Shown here piece by piece: positions 45,661-55,647 of a stretch of DNA of 64,000 nt. This stretch comes from an uncultured Ignavibacteriales bacterium (GTDB taxonomy: Bacteria > Zixibacteria > MSB-5A5 > GN15 > FEB-12). The notes below the pieces were generated by a model that was given only the letters and a program-made list of their open reading frames with translations, did no database searches and was not told the DNA's origin. The stretch covers positions 30,338 to 94,337 of the forward strand of contig CAZFGK010000003.1 of the NCBI GenBank assembly GCA_964518635.1, in the 5' to 3' direction. Positions within the stretch are counted from its first letter, which is position 1, and each line of letters opens with the position of its first letter. The position numbers and the translations under genes were made by a program.

Positions 45661-46694
45661 ATGTCGTCCTTGAAAGAAAAGACTATCTGAGTGGCACCGA
45701 CCCCCGTTGGTGCCCCGGATGTGGTGATCATGGCGTTTTGAAGAGCTTCACGGCGGCGATGGCACAGATCGGACTACCGACTGAAAAACTTGCAATCATT
45801 TCCGGGATCGGCTGCTCATCACGATTTCCGCACTATGTGCGTGCCTACGGATTCCATGGCATTCATGGACGAGCCCCGGCATTGGCAATGGGCGTGCGCA
45901 TGACTCGTCCAGATCTATCGGTCTGGGTAGTAACCGGCGACGGAGACGGACTCTCAATCGGCGGGAATCATTTCATGCATCTCATGCGGCGCAATCCGAA
46001 TATCAAGATGCTTCTCCTGAACAATCGGATCTACGGACTCACTAAGGGTCAGGTATCGCCGACATCACCGAAGGGACATGTCACGAAATCGACCCCGTAT
46101 GGAGCAGTGGAATCACCCGTGAATCCGGTCAGTCTCGCACTCGCTTGTGGAGCAACCTTTGTCGCCCGTGTCCCTGGAACTGACAATGCGATGACTACTG
46201 ATATGATGGTCGCTGCCTACAAACACAAAGGGGTCGCACTGATCGAAGTTTTGCAGGATTGTGACATCTTCAACGAAGGCATCTGGGCCGAAGTTACGAA
46301 GAAGAGTAACCGCGCAACAAATACCGTCACACTCGTCCACGGCGAGCCACTTCTCTTCGGTGAAAACCGTGAGAAGGGTTTTCGTGTAAAGGATTTCGAT
46401 CTTGAAATAGTCAATGTCAATGATCCCGGAGTCGACAAATCGCAGTTGCTGGTCCATGACATGCATCGCAGCGATGCAACAGTTGCCCAGAAGCTCGCTC
46501 AACTGGAATATCCGAAATTCCCCTACGCTCTTGGCATCTTTCGTCAGGTTGACGCACCTGTCTACGATGAAGAGGTCCATTGGCAAGAGGATCAAGTGGC
46601 GGCCAAAGCGGGACGGACAGATCTGTATGATCTGCTCCATGCCGGTGAAGTCTGGTCGGTCCCGGATGACAATTGGTACGAGTTGCCTGTTTAG
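45657..46694 (+). CDS. korB: 2-oxoglutarate:ferredoxin (acceptor) oxidoreductase, beta (TPP) subunit
   Basis: WCPGCGDHGVL and TGDGDGLSIGGNHFMH. ATGA overlap with korA. Confidence 0.85.
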   Translation: MNVVLERKDYLSGTDPRWCPGCGDHGVLKSFTAAMAQIGLPTEKLAIISGIGCSSRFPHYVRAYGFHGIHGRAPALAMGVRMTRPDLSVWVVTGDGDGLSIGGNHFMHLMRRNPNIKMLLLNNRIYGLTKGQVSPTSPKGHVTKSTPYGAVESPVNPVSLALACGATFVARVPGTDNAMTTDMMVAAYKHKGVALIEVLQDCDIFNEGIWAEVTKKSNRATNTVTLVHGEPLLFGENREKGFRVKDFDLEIVNVNDPGVDKSQLLVHDMHRSDATVAQKLAQLEYPKFPYALGIFRQVDAPVYDEEVHWQEDQVAAKAGRTDLYDLLHAGEVWSVPDDNWYELPV

Positions 46695-46752
46695 CATAAT
46701 CGCGCTGCCCGTACGGACTGACTCAGGAGGGATGAGAAAGTAGACCTACGCT

Positions 46753-47103
46753 ATGGAATTTTTATTCATCATCCTGTTTGCACTGACATCGGTCGCACTG
46801 GTCGGTGGTGGGATTCTTGCCTCCCGACTTCTTTCACCACGTCGACCAAACAGAGTCAAAGGAAACCCGTACGAGTGCGGTGAAGAGACCATTGGTCCTT
46901 CATGGGTGCATTTCAATGTCGGCTATTATCTCTTCGCTCTTCTTTTTCTGATTTTTGAAGTCGAAGCGGCCTTTCTCTTTCCCTGGGCAGTGATCTTCAG
47001 AGAGATCGGACTGGCCGGATTGATCTCCGTCTTCCTCTTCATCTTCATACTATTGCTCGCTTTAATTTATTCCTGGAAGAAGGGGATTCTCGAATGGGTA
47101 TGA
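46753..47103 (+). CDS. nuoA: NADH-quinone oxidoreductase-type Complex I subunit A
   Basis: 116 aa, 3 TM. NPYECGE and [15 protein letters not shown]. Confidence 0.9.
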   Translation: MEFLFIILFALTSVALVGGGILASRLLSPRRPNRVKGNPYECGEETIGPSWVHFNVGYYLFALLFLIFEVEAAFLFPWAVIFREIGLAGLISVFLFIFILLLALIYSWKKGILEWV

Positions 47104-47804
47104 ATGACGACTCCGAACCTGCGGTCGAACGATTTCCGGGAGGATCGTTTGTCATCAGCCGACTTGATCAGGTCATCAATCTGGCCCGATCAAATTCTCT
47201 CTGGCCTCTGACATTCGGCACCAGTTGCTGTGCCATCGAAATGATGATGGCCACTGGCGCATCACGTCACGATATCGCCCGGTTCGGCGCGGAAGTCGCT
47301 CGCCCTTCGCCACGACAGGCAGATCTGCTTATTGTCGCAGGAACCATCGTGAAGAAGATGGCTCCGCGTCTGCGCACATTGTACGAGCAGATGGCCGAAC
47401 CCCGCTATGTGATCGCCACCGGTGCCTGTACCATTTCAGGTGGCCCATTTGTCTATCAGTCATATACGACGGTTCGTGGTGTTGATACGATTATTCCGGT
47501 CGATGTCTACGTACCGGGCTGTCCCCCACGGCCGGAGGCACTCTTCTATGGCATCCTCACGTTGCAAAAGATGATTCGTCAGGGGGAGACCGTGCGACAC
47601 CCCGATATCAGACAGAAACCGGTACTTGCTGCTCTCCCTCCTGATATCTCAATGGAAGATCTAAGTAAGGAGATGGAAGAGCTTCTTCTGGTCGATGCGA
47701 CTTTTGATATCGAAAAGAAACGAAGCTCCCTGCCGTGGCCAAATCCTTCGAATGTCAGCAGCAAGATCGTTGACAAAGATGACACCGAAGAGCAGAGCAG
47801 ATGA
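47094..47804 (+). CDS. nuoB: Complex I subunit B (N2 cluster subunit) with a ~74-aa C-terminal tail
   Basis: [15 protein letters not shown] and [11 protein letters not shown] ligand motifs. The conserved core ends near aa 162; a charged tail runs to aa 236. Confidence 0.9.
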   Translation: MGMNDDSEPAVERFPGGSFVISRLDQVINLARSNSLWPLTFGTSCCAIEMMMATGASRHDIARFGAEVARPSPRQADLLIVAGTIVKKMAPRLRTLYEQMAEPRYVIATGACTISGGPFVYQSYTTVRGVDTIIPVDVYVPGCPPRPEALFYGILTLQKMIRQGETVRHPDIRQKPVLAALPPDISMEDLSKEMEELLLVDATFDIEKKRSSLPWPNPSNVSSKIVDKDDTEEQSR

Positions 47805-48328
47805 GTGATTCGAATGCCACTGCGAGTGATGCGGTCCCCTCAGGCGACGTCGTCTCCCCATTGGTAAGTGCTCTCTGTTCTCGCTTTGCAGGTATCTCCC
47901 CCTACTCTGGAAAATCTGACTATCCTGCAATCTCGATTGATGCATCTTCGCTCCTGACGGTCATGAGCGATTTGAAGTCTAATCCTGAGTTCGACTTCTC
48001 AGTTCTTTTTTCTCACACTGCCGTTGATCGAATAGATAATCAGCAATTTGAATTGCTCTATTTTCTTCATTCGATGAACTACCCGCATCGCTTGCTCGTG
48101 ACAGTGACAATTCCCCGCCTTCTTCCCGTTATACCAACGGTTAGCGGTATCTGGAAAATCGCCGAATGGCAGGAACGGGAAGTCTTCGATCTGTTTGGTA
48201 TAGAGTATGACGGACATCCGGATCTGCGGCGCATCTTCCTCGAAGATGACTGGCAGGGATTTCCGCTCCGCAAAGACTATGTCGACGATCACATGCTCAC
48301 TCGCGAAGCTGAAGGAGAACACTCGTGA
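47801..48328 (+). CDS. nuoC: Complex I subunit C (30 kDa)
   Basis: [29 protein letters not shown] overlap with nuoB. Confidence 0.88.
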   Translation: MSDSNATASDAVPSGDVVSPLVSALCSRFAGISPYSGKSDYPAISIDASSLLTVMSDLKSNPEFDFSVLFSHTAVDRIDNQQFELLYFLHSMNYPHRLLVTVTIPRLLPVIPTVSGIWKIAEWQEREVFDLFGIEYDGHPDLRRIFLEDDWQGFPLRKDYVDDHMLTREAEGEHS

Positions 48329-49488
48329 GCGTGCAGGTTACCACCCTTGCTCAGCGAGTCGCAATCGGCTCGCCGGATCAGGGAGCGCAGGGGACTCAGG
48401 AATACTTCATCAATATGGGGCCGCAGCATCCGGCGACACACGGCGTACTTCGGCTCATGCTTCGGCTTGATGGGGAGACGATCAGGGAGGTCGTTCCGGT
48501 TCTTGGCTATATTCATCGCGGTATTGAAAAGGTAGGGGAGAGTCTGAGCTATCGTCAGTTTGTCTATCTCACTGACCGGATGGATTATTTGTCGGCAATG
48601 ATGAACAACTGGGGAGTCGCGATGGCTGTCGAGCAAGCGACGCAGACTGAACTGAATGATCGCATTCATGCTATTCGCACCCTCATGGCCGAACTTGAGC
48701 GATTGCAAAGTCATCTCCTCTGGTGGGGAGTACTCGGCATGGATCTGGGAGCCTTCACCCCTTTCCTGTATGGCTTTCGTGATCGGGAATTATTGACAGA
48801 TGTCTTTGAAGAGACTGTCGGATGTCGCCTGACGATGAACTATATCCAGCCGGGTGGGGTGATGACCGATCTTCATCCCAACTTTGTTCACCGAGTGAAA
48901 GCAGCTGTCGCGGAGATAAAATCAAAATTATCGGAGTATGACACTCTCCTCTCTGATAATCTCATCTTGCGCGAGCGTACTCGCAACATCGGTATCCTGA
49001 ATGAGTCTGATGCGATTTCACTTGGTGTGACGGGTCCGCCGCTGCGCGCCAGTGGCGTCCCCTATGATCTTCGAAAGTCACATCCGTACGGCGCGTATGA
49101 CAAGGTCTCCTTTCAGGTTCCTATTGGATCGGTCGGAGATTGCTGGGATCGCTATTGGGTGAGAGTAGCTGAGATGCGTCAATCGATCTCCATTGTTGAG
49201 CAGTTGATCGATGATATTCCAGAGGGAAAAACGATGCTGATGAAACCGGCGAAGAAGATTGTCCTTCCGGAGGGAATCTGGAGTAGTCAGCTCGAAACCG
49301 CCCGCGGTATCCTTGGTGTCGTCATCGTTTCAGATGGAAGGTCTGATCATCCCTATCGGATACATCTGCGCAGCCCCAATTTCAATAATCTCTGGGCCAT
49401 CGATTGCATGAGTCGCGGTGGACGAATCGGCGATCTTGTCGCTAATGTGTCATCGCTTGATCTCGTCATACCGGATATCGACAGGTAG
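48325..49488 (+). CDS. nuoD: Complex I subunit D (49 kDa)
   Basis: INMGPQHPATHGVLRL, GYIHRGIEK, and the C-terminus SLDLVIPDIDR. Confidence 0.92.
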   Translation: MSVQVTTLAQRVAIGSPDQGAQGTQEYFINMGPQHPATHGVLRLMLRLDGETIREVVPVLGYIHRGIEKVGESLSYRQFVYLTDRMDYLSAMMNNWGVAMAVEQATQTELNDRIHAIRTLMAELERLQSHLLWWGVLGMDLGAFTPFLYGFRDRELLTDVFEETVGCRLTMNYIQPGGVMTDLHPNFVHRVKAAVAEIKSKLSEYDTLLSDNLILRERTRNIGILNESDAISLGVTGPPLRASGVPYDLRKSHPYGAYDKVSFQVPIGSVGDCWDRYWVRVAEMRQSISIVEQLIDDIPEGKTMLMKPAKKIVLPEGIWSSQLETARGILGVVIVSDGRSDHPYRIHLRSPNFNNLWAIDCMSRGGRIGDLVANVSSLDLVIPDIDR

Positions 49489-49492
49489 CATC

Positions 49493-50599
49493 ATGACCTA
49501 TCCACTATTGCCACATCTCGCCACCACGCTAAGTATCGCCGAAAAGACCGAGCAGACTCTCGCCGCCGAGCCCTGGCTAGCGGCGACCTACATCGCTGCA
49601 TCACTCATCGGCATCATCGCATTCATGAGTCTCATGGGGCTTGGGTTGGTCTATGCCGAACGAAAAGTCGCCGCTCATTTTCAATGTCGGCTCGGTCCGA
49701 TGCGAGTTGGCTGGCATGGAACACTTCAGACCATCGCTGATGCCATCAAGCTCGTCATGAAAGAGGATACGGTTCCCACTGGTGCTGATCGGGCACTCTT
49801 TTTCATCGCGCCGGTCATGAGTATCCTTGCGACGGTTCTTGCCCTCATCGTGATCCCCTTTGCACCGGGAGTGCAGATCATCGATCTGGAAGTGGGCGTA
49901 CTCTACCTCGCTGCGGTCAGCGGATTCGGAGTGCTCGGCATTCTGCTCGGTGGCTGGAGCTCGAATAATAAATGGTCGTTGCTTGGTGCCATGCGTTCCG
50001 GTGCACAGTTTGTCTCGTATGAAATCTCAGTGACGATTTCACTTCTGATCGTGAGTCTTTTTGCTGGCTCGATGCAGCTTTCGGAAATTGTCGCAAGTCA
50101 GGAGTCGGGCTGGTGGATCTGGCGCGGACATCTGCCGGCGATGATCGGCTTTCTTATTCTGCTCATCGCTTCAACGGCAGAAATCAATCGCGCGCCTTTC
50201 GATTTGCCGGAAGCAGAAAGTGAACTGACCGGCGGCTTTCATACCGAGTTTTCCGGAATTCGCTTCGCATTTTTCTTTCTTGCTGAATACATCAACATGT
50301 TCATCACCGCGGCAATCGCTGCGACACTTTTTCTAGGTGGCTGGATGCCCTTGCATATCGGAACATTCGAGACCTTTAATATGGTCATGGATTTCATCCC
50401 GCCGATCATCTGGTTTCTGGGAAAGACTGCTTTTCTGATTTTCGTCATGATGTGGGTACGCTGGACATTCCCGCGGCTCCGAGTCGACCAGCTTATGCGA
50501 CTTGAGTGGAAAGTGCTGGTACCAGTGAGCTTCGCCAATCTCCTGCTCTGCTCGCTCATTATCTTCGCTGGACTCTACTTCTTTCCGGGAGTGAAATAA
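49493..50599 (+). CDS. nuoH: Complex I subunit H
   Basis: Start at ATG 49493, 4 nt after the nuoD stop; the ORF track extension to 49418 overlaps nuoD. AERKVAAHFQCRLGPMRVGWHGTLQTIADAIKL. Confidence 0.92.
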   Translation: MTYPLLPHLATTLSIAEKTEQTLAAEPWLAATYIAASLIGIIAFMSLMGLGLVYAERKVAAHFQCRLGPMRVGWHGTLQTIADAIKLVMKEDTVPTGADRALFFIAPVMSILATVLALIVIPFAPGVQIIDLEVGVLYLAAVSGFGVLGILLGGWSSNNKWSLLGAMRSGAQFVSYEISVTISLLIVSLFAGSMQLSEIVASQESGWWIWRGHLPAMIGFLILLIASTAEINRAPFDLPEAESELTGGFHTEFSGIRFAFFFLAEYINMFITAAIAATLFLGGWMPLHIGTFETFNMVMDFIPPIIWFLGKTAFLIFVMMWVRWTFPRLRVDQLMRLEWKVLVPVSFANLLLCSLIIFAGLYFFPGVK

Positions 50600-51297
50600 T
50601 GCAGAAGAAACTGCCAGAAGGCGTTAGCGAACAAAGAACAGTTGGGGGGAAGTCCGTTGATGTCCTCATCGCCCCTCGTGACTTCGATACCAATAATGAA
50701 GGTTTTGTGGAACGTATGGCGAACGCCTTTTCATCGCTGGCAAGCGGCATGAAACTTACTCTCGGCTATCTGCTTCGTCCATCGACCGTCGTCACGCAGC
50801 AATATCCGGAGAACAAATCAACGCTGAAGATGCAGGATCGATTTCGCGGCCAGCTTCGCCTCACAAAGGATGAGAACGACATTATCCGCTGCAACGGCTG
50901 TAACTTCTGCGGTCTGGCTTGCCCGAACAAGAGCATTGTAATCAAGGACAAGAAGAATTCGATCTCTGGTACTTCCGAGATTGATCAGTTTGTCTGGCGA
51001 CTCGACACCTGCACTTTCTGCAACGCCTGTATCCAGGCCTGCCCACATGATGCCCTCGAATGGTCATCCGATTTCGAAGCTGCCGTGCTCGACCGTCGAC
51101 TGCTCGTCTATGGGCTGAATACCTACTCCGGTCCACCTTCTGCTGTGATCAAACGTGCTGAGAAAAAACAGGAGAATGTCGAGGAGTTGAAAGCGACGGC
51201 TGAAACTCGTGATCGCTACGAAGGACAAGTACCGATGGCCGGGGCTGATCTTCCCGGAATGCCCGGCCTACCCACTCGCAAGACGGAAGAATCATAG
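50599..51297 (+). CDS. nuoI: Complex I subunit I (2x[4Fe-4S]) with N- and C-terminal extensions
   Basis: Start at ATG 50599 (TAATG overlap with nuoH). YPENK...RFRGQLRL, CNGCNFCGLACP and CTFCNACIQACP. About 35 extra residues at the N-terminus and about 60 at the C-terminus. Confidence 0.9.
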   Translation: MQKKLPEGVSEQRTVGGKSVDVLIAPRDFDTNNEGFVERMANAFSSLASGMKLTLGYLLRPSTVVTQQYPENKSTLKMQDRFRGQLRLTKDENDIIRCNGCNFCGLACPNKSIVIKDKKNSISGTSEIDQFVWRLDTCTFCNACIQACPHDALEWSSDFEAAVLDRRLLVYGLNTYSGPPSAVIKRAEKKQENVEELKATAETRDRYEGQVPMAGADLPGMPGLPTRKTEES

Positions 51298-51854
51298 TGC
51301 AAGATTTTGCTGGTGATCTCGGATTCTATCTCTTCGCGATTGTTTCTATCATTGGCGCGCTGATCGCAGTCCGGTCCACGCGCATTCTTCGCGCTGCGAT
51401 TGGGCTGGCGACCACTCTTGTCGCGGCTGCTGCATTGTATGCGATTCTTGGAAGTGGCTTTCTGGCGGCGATTCAGATTCTGATCTATGTCGGCGGGATC
51501 GTAGTCCTGATAGTCTTTGCGGTCATGCTGACCAGTTCGAATGAGATTCTTGAGCCACAACCAACTCTTCAAAGGCAATTTCTCGCAGTTGCTTCTGGCT
51601 TGCTCTTCATGTTCGCCTCAATCACCGTACTTTCATCATCTCAATTTTCCTTCGCCACGAAGCAGCAAGCAGAAAGTTCTGATGCAGCAGCATTGGGACG
51701 ATTGATGCTCGACGGAGGGGGATCTGGCTATCTCATCGCTTTTGAAGCGATTTCACTCCTGCTGCTTGCTGCAGTCATCGGGGCGATTGTCGTCGCTAGA
51801 TCCGAGAAGCCAGCAGACGGCCAAGTTACTGAGAATGGTGAGGTCTCGTTATGA
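51297..51854 (+). CDS. nuoJ: Complex I subunit J
   Basis: 185 aa, GTG start. The TM pattern and operon position fit NuoJ (AIQILIYVGGIVVLIVFAVML). Confidence 0.85.
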   Translation: MQDFAGDLGFYLFAIVSIIGALIAVRSTRILRAAIGLATTLVAAAALYAILGSGFLAAIQILIYVGGIVVLIVFAVMLTSSNEILEPQPTLQRQFLAVASGLLFMFASITVLSSSQFSFATKQQAESSDAAALGRLMLDGGGSGYLIAFEAISLLLLAAVIGAIVVARSEKPADGQVTENGEVSL

Positions 51855-52159
51855 TCACTCCCATTCATTGGCTGACATTGTCAGCAATTCTGTTTGGCAT
51901 CGGAGTCTATGGCGTGCTTTCCCGTCGAAGTGCGCTTGGTGTTCTCATTGCTGTCGAACTTATGCTCAATGCAGTCGCGCTGAATTTTGCAATTTTCAAT
52001 AAGTCTCTGATGACTCAGGTGCCGGAGGGGAACCTGATGGTCATCTTTATCATCGCCGTAGCAGCGGCCGAAGCAGTCGTTGCCATGGCGATTTTTGTCT
52101 CCATCTATCGAACGAGAAAGAGTATCGATGTCACCCTCTATGAGAGTATGAAGGGATAA
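51851..52159 (+). CDS. nuoK: Complex I subunit K
   Basis: 102 aa. GVYGVLSRRSALGVLIAVELMLNAV. Confidence 0.9.
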   Translation: MITPIHWLTLSAILFGIGVYGVLSRRSALGVLIAVELMLNAVALNFAIFNKSLMTQVPEGNLMVIFIIAVAAAEAVVAMAIFVSIYRTRKSIDVTLYESMKG

Positions 52160-52169
52160 TCGCGAGATA

Positions 52170-54095
52170 ATGTTCTCCCTCTCCTGGTTGATTCCTCTGC
52201 TCCCTTTTCTCTCGTTTCTTCTGCTCGCACTTTTCGTGGCTCCGCGATCTCGACAGGCGGCCGCGATCATAGGTACGATCTCGGTCGCAACTGCTGCTCT
52301 TTTTTCTGCTCTCCTCTGTTGGGAATACTACCAACTCTATCCCATGGGCGCAGAACATCCGAGTATTGTCGCCTGGTCATTTGAATGGCTGCGTTACGGA
52401 CCGTTCCTCTCGGTAACTGCAGGAGTACTTGTCGATCCGGCTTCACTTCTGCTCATGCTCGTCGTTACAACCGTCAGTACAGCAGTCCATGTGTACTCGA
52501 TCGGCTACATGGCAGATGATCAGGGATCAGGAAGATACTTTACGTACATGAGTCTATTCACTTTCAGCATGCTTGGATTAGTCATCGCGCCGAATATTCT
52601 GCAGACCTATTTCTTCTGGGAATTGGTTGGAGTAAGTTCATTCCTGCTCATTGGTTTCTACTATCAAAAAGAGAGTGCAGTCGCAGCGGCGAAGAAGGCA
52701 TTCATTGTCACACGCTTTGCCGATCTTTTCTTTCTGATCGGCGTTCTTCTGCTCGGCTATTTCGGATACCAACAACTTGCACAAGGAGTGTCGCCGGACT
52801 CTTCTGTACAGGCCTTTGACTTTGCATTTCTCAATTCGAGTGCCTCTACCGCCTCACTCGAACAAATCGGAATACTCACCACTGCCGCAATTTTGATTTT
52901 TATTGGAGCCGCCGGAAAGTCCGCAATGTTTCCGTTGCATGTCTGGCTTCCTGATGCGATGGAAGGACCAACTCCGGTCTCGGCACTCATTCATGCCGCA
53001 ACGATGGTAGTCGCCGGTGTCTATCTTGTCGCACGATTGTTTCCGCTCTTTGCTGCATCCGGTACAGCATTGACCGTCGTCGCAATCGTTGGCGCATTCA
53101 CCTGTCTCTTCGCCGCCGTTATTGCCTGCACGCAGGATGATATCAAGCGAGTCCTCGCCTTTTCGACGCTGAGCCAGCTTGGCTACATGATGCTCGCCCT
53201 TGGTGTCGCGACATACGAAAGTGCGGCTGGATACACTGCTTCTCTATTTCATCTCTTTACCCACGCGATGTTCAAAGCCCTCCTCTTTCTCGGAGCTGGG
53301 GCGGTAATTCATGCGGTGCATTCAAACAATCCCTGGGGAATGGGGGGACTAGCGAAGAAAATGCCGTACACCCATCTGACCTTTTTGATCGCCACCCTCG
53401 CCATTGCCGGTGTGCCACCACTTTCAGGATTTTTCTCGAAGGACATGATACTTGCATCGGCACTGGAAAATGGGCACCCCGTTCTCTTTGGCGTCGGTCT
53501 ACTGGTCGCTGGGCTGACTGCATTTTACATGATGCGACTCTATCTGCTGACATTTGCCGGCGAAAGCAGATCGGAAGCTGCGTCATATGCCCGCGAAGCT
53601 CCGCTGGTTATGCTCATCCCTCTTCTGATTCTTGCTCTTCTCTCTGCGATCACCGGACTTCTTCCCATTGATCAGTTTGTCTGGATTGGGAAAGAGCACG
53701 CCTCACATCACGGCTGGCTGGTCCCGATACTCGCGGTATCAGCGGGGGCATTCGGAATCGCCGTCGCATGGTTTGTCTATGGCGGTAATCTGAATCGCTC
53801 TGAGCAGGTAGTCAAATCACTTGGCCCACTCTATCCAGTGATCGAGAACAAATTCTACATCGATGAAATCTACCTCTATATCACCCGACGGGTCATTTTC
53901 CCCTTCGTTAGTGCACCAATTGCGTGGTTTGACCGGCACATCGTAGATGGTGCAGTGAATCTCACCGGGCGCATCACGCAGATGGCTGGAACCGTTCTCT
54001 CGCATCTTCAGACCGGTCAAATTCAGACCTACGGACTCTGGCTGGTCAATGGCGCGGTCATTGTTGCAATGCTCCTGTGGGGATTGAGCAGGTAA
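52170..54095 (+). CDS. nuoL: Complex I subunit L (antiporter-like)
   Basis: 641 aa. FFWELVGVSSFLLIGFYY, GKSAMFPLHVWLPDAMEGPTPVSALIHAATMV, and a C-terminal lateral helix region. Confidence 0.92.
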   Translation: MFSLSWLIPLLPFLSFLLLALFVAPRSRQAAAIIGTISVATAALFSALLCWEYYQLYPMGAEHPSIVAWSFEWLRYGPFLSVTAGVLVDPASLLLMLVVTTVSTAVHVYSIGYMADDQGSGRYFTYMSLFTFSMLGLVIAPNILQTYFFWELVGVSSFLLIGFYYQKESAVAAAKKAFIVTRFADLFFLIGVLLLGYFGYQQLAQGVSPDSSVQAFDFAFLNSSASTASLEQIGILTTAAILIFIGAAGKSAMFPLHVWLPDAMEGPTPVSALIHAATMVVAGVYLVARLFPLFAASGTALTVVAIVGAFTCLFAAVIACTQDDIKRVLAFSTLSQLGYMMLALGVATYESAAGYTASLFHLFTHAMFKALLFLGAGAVIHAVHSNNPWGMGGLAKKMPYTHLTFLIATLAIAGVPPLSGFFSKDMILASALENGHPVLFGVGLLVAGLTAFYMMRLYLLTFAGESRSEAASYAREAPLVMLIPLLILALLSAITGLLPIDQFVWIGKEHASHHGWLVPILAVSAGAFGIAVAWFVYGGNLNRSEQVVKSLGPLYPVIENKFYIDEIYLYITRRVIFPFVSAPIAWFDRHIVDGAVNLTGRITQMAGTVLSHLQTGQIQTYGLWLVNGAVIVAMLLWGLSR

Positions 54096-54098
54096 CTA

Positions 54099-55631
54099 AT
54101 GGGACTTGTCAGCTGGCTGATTCTCATTCCCTTTTTAACGGCTCTTGCAATTCTGCTGACACCGAATGAGCGTCGTACCTCATTTCGTTGGATTACACTC
54201 GGAGGAACAGCTCTTCACCTGATTCTCACCGGACTCCTTTGCTATCGCTACTGGTCTACGGCAGTAGACGGACTTGCAGAATCAACCACGGGAGTACTTT
54301 CCGATCTTCGCTTTGTCGAGCGCATTCCCTGGTTTGACTCTCTCGGAATTACCTATCTCGTCGGAGTGGACGGAATGTCGGTCTTCATGGTACTATTGAC
54401 TTCTATAGTAATTTTCGCAGGAGTGTTGGCAAGCTGGGAAGTCATGCATCGTGGGAAAGAGTTCTTTGCTTGGCTCATGATTCTGGTCACCGGTGTGTTT
54501 GGTGTGTTCATGAGTTTCGATCTCTTTCTCTTCTTCATTTTCTACGAGCTTGCAGTCCTCCCGATGTATCTGTTGATCGGCATCTGGGGGACCGGACCAA
54601 AAGAATACGCTGCGATGAAGCTGACCATGATGCTCATGGCGAGCTCGGCTCTTATTCTCGTCGGCATTCTCGCTCTTTATTACGGCTCAGGATTGCAAAC
54701 ATTTGATCTGACTCAACTCGCCACCGCGACATTTCCGACTGCATTTCAGCATTGGGTCTTCCCTGTGATTTTCATCGGCTTTGGTGTGATAGGCGCACTT
54801 TATCCCTTTCATACCTGGTCACCGGATGGGCATGCCTCTGCGCCGACCGCGGTCTCGATGCTCCATGCCGGAGTGCTTATGAAACTGGGAGGGTACGGTG
54901 CATTGCGTATTGGTGTCTACCTTCTTCCCGAGGGAGCACAACACTGGGCACTTTTTTTCATGGTTCTCACCACCGTCAATATCCTGTATGGCTCATTCGC
55001 CGCGATCAAGCAGACCGATCTGAAATATTTCACGGCCTATTCATCGGTCAGTCATTGCGGCTTTGTGCTATTCGGTGTCCTCTCACTGAACGGGATGGGT
55101 TTTCATGGCGCGGTGCTGCAGATGTTCAGTCACGGAATCATGACTGCCTTGTTCTTCGGACTCATAGGAATGGTTTATGGTCGCACGCATACGCGAGTCA
55201 TTCCTGAAATGGGTGGGCTTGGCAGTAAAATGCCCTGGCTCGCAACCTGTTTCTTCATCGGAGGGCTTGCCTCACTCGGTCTCCCCGGTCTGTTTGGATT
55301 TGTTGCCGAGTCACATGTGTTTCTTGGAGGGATTTTTGGACAGCCGGGTGCCGATGCGACATTCTCGCAGGTACTCACTCTCCTCGCTACTGCTTCGATA
55401 GTCGTGACAGCAGTGTATGTGCTCCGTGGCCTTACCCGCGTTTTCTATGGTCCGATTGATGAAAAACATTTTGGTTCACTGACAGATGCAACACTGACCG
55501 AAAAACTCAGTTCAGGGATATTGGTTACCGTGCTGGTCATTGGCGGACTCTTTCCCTCGTACTTTGTGAATCTGATCCATTCCTCTCTCGTACCGCTGGT
55601 CAATCGTGTCGCACAGACAGGGGGGCAGTAA
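54099..55631 (+). CDS. nuoM: Complex I subunit M (antiporter-like)
   Basis: 510 aa. FFIFYELAVLPMYLLIGIWG and HTWSPDGHASAPTAVSMLHAGVLMKLGGYG. Confidence 0.92.
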   Translation: MGLVSWLILIPFLTALAILLTPNERRTSFRWITLGGTALHLILTGLLCYRYWSTAVDGLAESTTGVLSDLRFVERIPWFDSLGITYLVGVDGMSVFMVLLTSIVIFAGVLASWEVMHRGKEFFAWLMILVTGVFGVFMSFDLFLFFIFYELAVLPMYLLIGIWGTGPKEYAAMKLTMMLMASSALILVGILALYYGSGLQTFDLTQLATATFPTAFQHWVFPVIFIGFGVIGALYPFHTWSPDGHASAPTAVSMLHAGVLMKLGGYGALRIGVYLLPEGAQHWALFFMVLTTVNILYGSFAAIKQTDLKYFTAYSSVSHCGFVLFGVLSLNGMGFHGAVLQMFSHGIMTALFFGLIGMVYGRTHTRVIPEMGGLGSKMPWLATCFFIGGLASLGLPGLFGFVAESHVFLGGIFGQPGADATFSQVLTLLATASIVVTAVYVLRGLTRVFYGPIDEKHFGSLTDATLTEKLSSGILVTVLVIGGLFPSYFVNLIHSSLVPLVNRVAQTGGQ

Positions 55632-55647
55632 GATCGACCTCCACTTG

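Noticed and set aside
46113-46697. 194-aa ORF antisense to korB
   Set aside because: It lies entirely inside korB, which has clear TPP-binding motifs. It has no RBS or motif of its own.
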